From a virus, in IMG/VR virus record IMGVR_UViG_3300034375_010899, positions 6,310 through 70,309 of that record: DNA of 64,000 nucleotides. The stretch is one strand, 5' to 3'. The notes under the pieces are model-generated. The model worked only from the letters and a program-made list of their open reading frames with translations, had not been told where the DNA came from and made no database searches. The position numbers and the translations under genes were made by a program. Shown in pieces: positions 7,955 to 14,545 of this stretch. The first letter of the stretch is position 1; each line of letters begins with the position of its first letter.

Positions 7955-8080
7955 AGACACCCTGAGAATGTTTCAGGGGCATTGTAGCGCCTTCTAGAGG
8001 CATCTCTGGGCGTTTCTTTATACTTAAGTCAGCCGCCCGTGTGCCAATTCCCGAACTGGACCCAAATGCCCTGAAACCCC

Positions 8081-8109
8081 TTGACCTGCCCCCCCAAAAA
8101 TCCTATATT
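8081..8109 (+). promoter_or_regulatory. sigma70-type early promoter
   Basis: TTGACC-17bp-TATATT upstream of the ArdA-like gene. Confidence 0.7.
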
Positions 8110-8169
8110 GGTTTCAACGGGGGGAGGGAAACGAACCCCGCCTCACTGCTCACCTCTTAACTAACTCAA

Positions 8170-8607
8170 ATGACCGTGACTCTGACTGCAAACTATCGTG
8201 AAATGCTTGCCGCTAACACTGTGAGCAAGATCGACGAATTGCTGGATGAGAACTATGAACTGGCAGCAATGCTAGAGTTCATTGATGAGCAAAATGAGTC
8301 CGATTTCGTGACTTATTATGAAGAATATGTGCGCTGTGGTGAAGCAATCGGTTATGAAGCGGTTGACGCTTTGATCGAAGAAATGGGGTGCATCTCCTAC
8401 ATTCAGGACTGCGACGATCGCTACCGTGGACATTATCAATCTGAGGCAGATTTTGCCGAAGAATATACCGTTGAAGTTTACGGTGACGTTCCTTCCTATG
8501 TTGTTGTCGATTGGCAAGCAACTTGGGACACCAATCTTCGCTATGATTTCACTGCCTGCAATGACGGTGATACCTATTGCCCCATCCACATTTTCTCCGA
8601 TAACTGA
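8170..8607 (+). CDS. ardA: ArdA-like antirestriction (DNA mimic) protein
   Basis: Very acidic; C-terminal YRGHYQSEADFAEEY...VPSYVVVDWQATWD matches the ArdA pattern Y.G.y.s..dfA.e....p...yiDye. Confidence 0.7.
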   Translation: MTVTLTANYREMLAANTVSKIDELLDENYELAAMLEFIDEQNESDFVTYYEEYVRCGEAIGYEAVDALIEEMGCISYIQDCDDRYRGHYQSEADFAEEYTVEVYGDVPSYVVVDWQATWDTNLRYDFTACNDGDTYCPIHIFSDN

Positions 8608-8651
8608 TCACTAAGGGTTGCAGAGTTCCCTACATCAACTCTGCCTTTCTT

Positions 8652-8703
8652 CTCTGCTCTGGTGACACTTAACGGTGTGAGAGTTCGATTCTCTCAGCAG
8701 GGC
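8652..8703 (+). ncRNA. tRNA-like mini-RNA (acceptor stem and T arm, truncated D/anticodon region)
   Basis: CTCTGCT/AGCAGGG 7-bp stem abutting the GAGAG-TTCGATT-CTCTC T arm. Confidence 0.5.
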
Positions 8704-8736
8704 AAATCCCCAAAACGTTGTTTCTTTCTTTCTCAA

Positions 8737-8907
8737 ATGTTCGATCGTTCGACCTCTATCGGTATGCTTCGCCAAGGTGCTAACGGAACTCAAATTCTTG
8801 AAATTCTTGACACTTTGGTTGATGCAATCGTAGAAGAGAACATTAACGATTGCGCTGCACATTATGCGGCAATTTCGTCTCCTACTCTTGAGCAGATTGC
8901 ATTCTGA
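8737..8907 (+). CDS. small hypothetical protein
   Basis: ATG 8737; MFDRSTSIGMLRQGANGTQILEILDTLV. Confidence 0.65.
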   Translation: MFDRSTSIGMLRQGANGTQILEILDTLVDAIVEENINDCAAHYAAISSPTLEQIAF

Positions 8908-8935
8908 TTTCTCTGTAACTTTTACCTGAATTCCT

Positions 8936-9112
8936 ATGGCACTCTGGTCGCAAGCAACTGACATCAAAACCCGCCAAACTATCTGGGTGGGGACTAATGT
9001 TTCAAAGGGCAAATCTCAAGCGAATTCCCATACCCGTGGTTGGAAAATCGATGGTTACCCTACTGCTGAACTTGCAGGGTTGCATACAGACTACGTTGGG
9101 AAGCAAGGTTAA
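8936..9112 (+). CDS. small hypothetical protein (58 aa)
   Basis: MALWSQATDIKTRQTIWVGTNV...AELAGLHTDYVGKQG; not in the track. Confidence 0.6.
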   Translation: MALWSQATDIKTRQTIWVGTNVSKGKSQANSHTRGWKIDGYPTAELAGLHTDYVGKQG

Positions 9113-9149
9113 CTCTTTCCCATACATCTCCCATTCGTTGACACTTAAG

Positions 9150-9329
9150 ATGATTTCAACTCCTATCTCTCTCAGCAACATTTTCTACGTTGCGCTAGAT
9201 CGCACCGCACGCACAGGTGACGAATTCTTCGCCATTTCTGTGGGGCGCTGTTACTTTGGAATCTATCCTGCTGTCAACGGAGTGGACATTTGTTGGGGCA
9301 TTCTAGACGATAAGGGATGCCTAGATTGA
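9150..9329 (+). CDS. small hypothetical protein
   Basis: ATG 9150 inside track ORF 8997..9329. Confidence 0.55.
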   Translation: MISTPISLSNIFYVALDRTARTGDEFFAISVGRCYFGIYPAVNGVDICWGILDDKGCLD

Positions 9330-9374
9330 TCGGGTTCCTTTATACTCTCATTCATTCCTAAACGACACTCACTG

Positions 9375-9611
9375 ATGACCGACATTTCGACACTTGCTGC
9401 TGCATCCTCCACTGACCTTCTCATCGCTGAGATTCAAGGGAAGGTGAAGGTTACTCGTTTGCCGCAACGTAAACCCCGCCGCAGTGAATTGGTGATGAGT
9501 CGTGTAGGCGGTGCTGGCACCCGTTGGAATAACTCTACGGGTGGCAATGGTAGACTCAAAGCAGGGCAACTCCGCCCTGAAGAGATTGCACTTAAGTCTG
9601 CCCTTCGTTGA
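9375..9611 (+). CDS. small basic hypothetical protein
   Basis: Track ORF; GKVKVTRLPQRKPRR. Confidence 0.65.
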   Translation: MTDISTLAAASSTDLLIAEIQGKVKVTRLPQRKPRRSELVMSRVGGAGTRWNNSTGGNGRLKAGQLRPEEIALKSALR

Positions 9612-9625
9612 CACTTAGCGATGCA

Positions 9626-9656
9626 CGAACGAATGGGGATATTCCTTATTCGTTCG
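9626..9656. terminator. strong hairpin closing the early island
   Basis: CGAACGAAT...ATTCGTTCG inverted repeat. Confidence 0.5.
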
Positions 9657-9857
9657 GAGCATTCGTGATAGGCAGTTAGAAAAAAGTTTGCCCCTTAAGT
9701 ATAAGGCGGCCCTCGTATATTATTTTCTTAAGGTACCCCTAAGCTATAAAAGTATGCCCCTAAGAGATCTATATCACTCTAAGACTTTTTTCAAAAGACC
9801 TCGAAGGGTATCAAATAAAATAAAAAAAATCCCGGAAAAATTTTTTGGTATGTAGAG

Positions 9858-10013
9858 ATGAGTAAACGTAAACCGTATTGGAGTTTTTGGAAAGTTATTT
9901 TTGCGGGGTGGATCATAAGATATCCTGAAAGATTTTTTGATGTATTCCGATTTCCGCTGATGGTCTTATTTGGGGCAGTTGTAGTGATGATATATAATGC
10001 ATTGAAACAATAA
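9858..10013 (+). CDS. small membrane protein (51 aa)
   Basis: MSKRKPYWSFWKVIFAGWIIRYP... followed by a TM helix. Confidence 0.65.
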   Translation: MSKRKPYWSFWKVIFAGWIIRYPERFFDVFRFPLMVLFGAVVVMIYNALKQ

Positions 10014-10022
10014 GAATTCAAT

Positions 10023-10217
10023 ATGTTAGAAAAGGTATATCACATATACGCAAAGGAGAAATGTTTGTATCACTCACTCAAGGAAGAGGAGTTTTACAAG
10101 ACTTGGAACACTCTACTTACACTTGTAGATTTGACTTCAAGCGAGTATCAGAAAGAGGATTTAAATTACGAAGAATTAATCGTAAATAAAAAATCAGTAT
10201 CTGAGTCTTCGTTTTGA
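10023..10217 (+). CDS. hypothetical protein
   Basis: Track ORF; YHIYAK.KCLYHSL.EEEF. Confidence 0.7.
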   Translation: MLEKVYHIYAKEKCLYHSLKEEEFYKTWNTLLTLVDLTSSEYQKEDLNYEELIVNKKSVSESSF

Positions 10218-10274
10218 AGGGGTTTACAAAAGATAAATAACACGATAAAATTGATCTGAAGGATTTTATTACTC

Positions 10275-11075
10275 ATGGCAAAAGGATTTACAGTTAAAGC
10301 AAAACCTCCCACAGCACAGGAATCTGGGGATTGGGATATTGATGCAATCAAGGCAAGAATGCGAGGTAAGAGCATTGTGTTCTGTCTACCAGGACGTGGA
10401 TGTTCTTTTACATTCTTGAAGGCATTTGTTCAACTCTGTTTTGATCTTGTACAAAATGGATGTGGAATTCAAATTTCTCAAGATTATTCATCAATGGTAA
10501 ACTTCGCACGTTGTAAGTGTCTTGGTGCAAATGTTCTGAGGGGTCCGAAACAGATTCCCTGGGATGGTAAGTTGCAATATGATTATCAACTATGGATTGA
10601 TAGTGATATTGTTTTCAACACTGAGAAGTTTTGGCAACTTTGTGATTTGGCATTCCCTGCTGAAGCAATTGATGAAGAGGGAGTTGTTGATGAATCGAAG
10701 AAGCGTGGTATTGTTGCTGGATGGTATGCTACAGAGGATGGGCGCACGACTTCTGTTGCTCATTGGTTGGAGGAAGATGATTTCCGTAACAATGGTGGTG
10801 TGATGAATCATGAAACCGTTGATAGTATGGGTAAGCGTAAGAAACCATTTACTGTTGATTACACAGGATTTGGTTGGGTATTGATTCAGAAGGGAGTCTT
10901 TGAGAATCTTGAATATCCTTGGTTTGCTCCGAAGATGCAAGTTTTTGAATCTGGTGCAGTACAAGATATGTGTGGAGAGGATGTTTCCTTCTGTCTCGAT
11001 GCAAAAGATCAGGGATATGAGATTTGGTGTGATCCTCGCATTCGCGTTGGGCACGAAAAGACTCGTGTTATCTGA
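10275..11075 (+). CDS. GT-A-fold glycosyltransferase-like protein
   Basis: NFARC, LWIDSDIVF (DxD), TGFGWVLI, GED..FC, VGHEK motifs. Confidence 0.75.
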   Translation: MAKGFTVKAKPPTAQESGDWDIDAIKARMRGKSIVFCLPGRGCSFTFLKAFVQLCFDLVQNGCGIQISQDYSSMVNFARCKCLGANVLRGPKQIPWDGKLQYDYQLWIDSDIVFNTEKFWQLCDLAFPAEAIDEEGVVDESKKRGIVAGWYATEDGRTTSVAHWLEEDDFRNNGGVMNHETVDSMGKRKKPFTVDYTGFGWVLIQKGVFENLEYPWFAPKMQVFESGAVQDMCGEDVSFCLDAKDQGYEIWCDPRIRVGHEKTRVI

Positions 11076-11077
11076 TA

Positions 11078-11230
11078 ATGTTTAATATTCTCTACAAGGG
11101 AGAAATAATGTACACAGGGCTTTCGTATGAAGAATGTGCGGAAGTCCTTTCAGAACTCTCATATGAATTTTATGAGGGTAGTGAAATTGATCCGAATGAA
11201 CTTAAATTGGAGGAAATTGTAAATGGCTAG
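11078..11230 (+). CDS. small acidic hypothetical protein
   Basis: MFNILYKGEIMYTGLSYEECAEVLSELS... Confidence 0.6.
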   Translation: MFNILYKGEIMYTGLSYEECAEVLSELSYEFYEGSEIDPNELKLEEIVNG

Positions 11231-11369
11231 GCGACCTTCTTTTAGCGGTGGAGATCTTATTGAATCAAAACCCAAGAAAACACGGCAGGGTTCTGGTAAA
11301 CACACCAAGTATGCCGCAACGTCTCGTAATAAAGCACGTAAGCGTAGTAGAGGGCAAGGGCAGGGTTAA
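11223..11369 (+). CDS. small basic protein
   Basis: ...PKKTRQGSGKHTKYAATSRNKARKRSRGQG; GGAGG RBS. Confidence 0.7.
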   Translation: MARRPSFSGGDLIESKPKKTRQGSGKHTKYAATSRNKARKRSRGQGQG

Positions 11370-11430
11370 TCCTTATATCCGGTCATCCAAAGTCTCTCAT
11401 ATGAGGCAAAAGTAGAAGGGAAAATCCAAA

Positions 11431-11886
11431 ATGAAGGAAATTGAAGAACATATCCAGAATTGGATCCTCAAAATATCAAAATTAAGACCCGAATTGGGTA
11501 ATTTTGCGATTTGCCCCTTCTCTTCAACTGCTTCTTATAAGATTGTACTATCAAATATTGACGATATTATGCCTTTAAAGGGGTATGATGTCGTCATTTT
11601 TGTTGTTGAGGACTATCTAGATGCCTCTGCAATCCAATTGTGGTGTGAAATCTACAATAACATCTACAAAGACTACATATTTTTAGAGGATTGTGGTCGT
11701 TATAAAACCTTTATACAAGGTATTCAAACAAATAATGGCAAATATAATTTAATTTTATGCCAATCTAGAGAAAAATTAGAAAAATCGAGAGAAAATCTAT
11801 CAAAAACTGAATATTACGAACATTGGGACAAGGAAATGCTTGAGGAAATTTTGGGTAAGGACCATAAAATACCTCAAAAGGGATAG
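11431..11886 (+). CDS. hypothetical protein (weakly DUF1415-like)
   Basis: LGNFAICPF motif; C-terminal YYEHW. Confidence 0.65.
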   Translation: MKEIEEHIQNWILKISKLRPELGNFAICPFSSTASYKIVLSNIDDIMPLKGYDVVIFVVEDYLDASAIQLWCEIYNNIYKDYIFLEDCGRYKTFIQGIQTNNGKYNLILCQSREKLEKSRENLSKTEYYEHWDKEMLEEILGKDHKIPQKG

Positions 11887-11933
11887 AAACCCCTTAAAAA
11901 GTTCTGTTTTACCCTCAAAAAAGGAACAAACAG

Positions 11934-12194
11934 ATGGCAATTCAACCAAATCCAGATAGGGACGTAAATTATATGAAAGAAGTTTGGGGAACAACGAGTC
12001 TAATTACTGATTATTGGAGCAAAACTCCTGGAGACTCGAAAAAACAGATGCTCAGGGAGATTAATAACGATGATATTACTCCAAAAAAGCATGATTTTTC
12101 TCTTCAGAATGAAATTCATGAGAAAATTCGCAATGACAATGATTATGATGATTGGTCTTATGGAACTGAACCATTTTATGGTCAAAATCCTTAA
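11934..12194 (+). CDS. hypothetical protein
   Basis: Track ORF with AAGGA RBS. Confidence 0.7.
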   Translation: MAIQPNPDRDVNYMKEVWGTTSLITDYWSKTPGDSKKQMLREINNDDITPKKHDFSLQNEIHEKIRNDNDYDDWSYGTEPFYGQNP

Positions 12195-12200
12195 TAAATA
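12193..12200 (+). promoter_or_regulatory. late promoter
   Basis: AATAAATA upstream of g25. Confidence 0.6.
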
Positions 12201-12224
12201 ACTTGAGACTATATCTTTTCATAA

Positions 12225-12626
12225 ATGCCTGTAGAGAGAATTAGTAAATCATTTAAGGATATTAGTTTATCTCTTCAGGTCAATCCATTGACTTATGATA
12301 TTTTAGCGATTAAAAATGAAACCGCGATTGCAAGATCGGTTCGTAATCTGGTTTTAACTTTGCCAGGTGAAAGGTTTTTTAATCCAGATGTTGGATCTGA
12401 TATTGGTAGATCTTTATTTGAAAATATTGATTCAATTTCTGCAGATGGTATTAAATCCCAAATTGAAAATACAATTAGAAATTATGAACCAAGAGTTTCA
12501 TTAATTGATGTTATTGTAAATCCAATTTATGATAATAATGAATTTAACGTTACTATAAAATATAATATTATAGGTATAGATGTTCCACCACAAAAGTTAG
12601 TTTTTGTATTACAGCCAACCCGATAA
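12225..12626 (+). CDS. g25: baseplate wedge subunit gp25
   Basis: AIARSVRNLVLT.PGERFFNP..GS, I..YEPRV. Confidence 0.92.
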   Translation: MPVERISKSFKDISLSLQVNPLTYDILAIKNETAIARSVRNLVLTLPGERFFNPDVGSDIGRSLFENIDSISADGIKSQIENTIRNYEPRVSLIDVIVNPIYDNNEFNVTIKYNIIGIDVPPQKLVFVLQPTR

Positions 12627-14540
12627 ATGGCAATAGTAAATTTTACAGACTTAGATTTTGATCAATTAAGGCAATCTATTAAGGATTACCTAGGATCAAG
12701 TTCAGATTTCACGGATTATGATTTTGAAGGATCGAATTTGTCGGTCTTGATAGATATTCTTGCATATAATACGTATATTTCCTCGTATAACGCTAATATG
12801 ATTAGCGGTGAGGTTTTTATTGATAGTGCAACACTAAGAGAAAATATTGTTTCCCTTGCAAGGAATATTGGATATGTTCCAAGATCAAGAACTGCAGCAA
12901 GAGCAAATATATCCTTTTTTGTTGATGTTTCAAATTACGCATCAATTCCAAGAGTTATAACCTTAAATAGGGGTATAGTTTGTACTACGGAATCTGAGTT
13001 TAGTGGAGAAAGTTATACATTTGTTACTACAGAAGATATTTCAGTTCCTGTGGTAAATGGAGTTGCATTTTTTGAAAATATTGAAGTTTATGAAGGAACT
13101 TTAGTAAGTTCAGAGTTTTTCGTAAATTCTCAGATACCAAACCCACCACAAAGATATATTATTGATAATGTAAATGTTGACATTAGCACTTTATCAGTTC
13201 GTGTATATACTAGTCCTTTATCCAGTCTTTCTACAAAATATTCTTTAGCACAGGATATTATTGATGTTGGATCGGATTCCAAGATTTTCTTTATTCAAGA
13301 AATACAAAATCAGTACTATGAAATAATCTTTGGTGATGGTATTTTTGGTGATAAATTACAAGAATCTAATTTGATTAATGCATCGTATGTGGTTTCGAAT
13401 GGATCATTGGGAAATAATCTTTCACAATTTGCATTTGCTGGTAAGTTAGACTCTAATATTGGAATTATTACTCGCGGAATCTCAAATATTGTAACAAACA
13501 CCAATTCATTTGGTGGATCTGAGATTGAATCTGTACAATCAATTAGAAATTACGCACCAAAATACTACTCTTCTCAAAATAGAGCAGTAACCGCGAATGA
13601 TTTTAAGGCAATTATCCCAAGAATATATCCAGAACTGGAGTCTGTTAATGTTTTTGGTGGTGAAGACTTAAATCCACCAAGATATGGAAAGGTTTTTGTT
13701 GCAGTTAAACCACAGAGTGGTACTTTTATATCTTCAAGTGCTGCTCAAAATTTGAAAAATCTTCTAAGAAAATATACAGTTGCTGGTATTGTAGTTGAAG
13801 TTATTGATTTGAAAAACTTATTCATTGAACTGGATACTACAATTTATTATAATGAAAATTTAACTAATAATGATCAAGTACCAAAAAATAAAGTAATATC
13901 CAATTTAGAAAAGTACTCAAAATCTCTTGAATCTGATAGTAGTGATATTAGATTTAAGTATAGTAAAGTTTTAAATATTATTGACGAAAGCGATGCTTCT
14001 ATTACTTCAAACATTACTAAAGTCTCTTTGAGAAGAGATTTTAGGGCATCTATTAATCAATTTGCAGAATATGAAATTTGCTTTGGTAACGAACTTTTTG
14101 TAAGAAATAGAGATGGGTTTAATATAAAAACATCTGGATTTAGTGTTGCTGGAATTAGTGGAACGGTTTACATTTCTGATAAACCAAATGCAAATTTAAA
14201 AACGGGAAGTTTATTCTTATTCAAAATATCAACAGAATCTGATGAACCTGTCCAGGTTAGACAATCTATTGGAACTGTAGATTATGTGAAAGGGGAAATT
14301 ATATTGAATCCAATTAACATTGTTTCTACGATTATAGATAGTGGAGAATCTATTGTGGAAATTTCTGCCACACCAAAATCAAATGATGTTATTGGTTTAC
14401 AGGATCTTTATTTACAGCTTGATACCAATAAAATAACCGTTACTGCAGTTCGTGACAATATTTCTTCTGGAAATGATATTTCTGGAAGTAATTATATTAC
14501 AACCTCAAGTTATACGAATGGAAAATTAATTAGAGATTAA
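12627..14540 (+). CDS. g6: baseplate wedge subunit gp6
   Basis: LDFDQLR, DYDFEGS, DSATLRE, QNRAVTANDF motifs; synteny. Confidence 0.93.
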   Translation: MAIVNFTDLDFDQLRQSIKDYLGSSSDFTDYDFEGSNLSVLIDILAYNTYISSYNANMISGEVFIDSATLRENIVSLARNIGYVPRSRTAARANISFFVDVSNYASIPRVITLNRGIVCTTESEFSGESYTFVTTEDISVPVVNGVAFFENIEVYEGTLVSSEFFVNSQIPNPPQRYIIDNVNVDISTLSVRVYTSPLSSLSTKYSLAQDIIDVGSDSKIFFIQEIQNQYYEIIFGDGIFGDKLQESNLINASYVVSNGSLGNNLSQFAFAGKLDSNIGIITRGISNIVTNTNSFGGSEIESVQSIRNYAPKYYSSQNRAVTANDFKAIIPRIYPELESVNVFGGEDLNPPRYGKVFVAVKPQSGTFISSSAAQNLKNLLRKYTVAGIVVEVIDLKNLFIELDTTIYYNENLTNNDQVPKNKVISNLEKYSKSLESDSSDIRFKYSKVLNIIDESDASITSNITKVSLRRDFRASINQFAEYEICFGNELFVRNRDGFNIKTSGFSVAGISGTVYISDKPNANLKTGSLFLFKISTESDEPVQVRQSIGTVDYVKGEIILNPINIVSTIIDSGESIVEISATPKSNDVIGLQDLYLQLDTNKITVTAVRDNISSGNDISGSNYITTSSYTNGKLIRD

Positions 14541-14545
14541 TAGAA

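Larger units (their letters stand above)
3177..8063 (+). repeat. dispersed palindromic promoter-associated element TGTGCCA-N10-TG(G/T/C)C(A/C)(C/A)
   Basis: Copies at 3177, 3706, 3961, 4424, 4977, 5229, 6112, 6310, 6741 and 8040; all intergenic, all with CA-N10-TG spacing. Confidence 0.85.

Noticed and set aside
8652-8703. Functional decoding tRNA gene
   Set aside because: Only 52 nt, with no D stem and no 7-nt anticodon loop; kept as a tRNA-like element instead
3177-9660. Classical integron attC array
   Set aside because: No RYYYAAC/GTTRRRY boxes framing the elements and no tyrosine integrase seen
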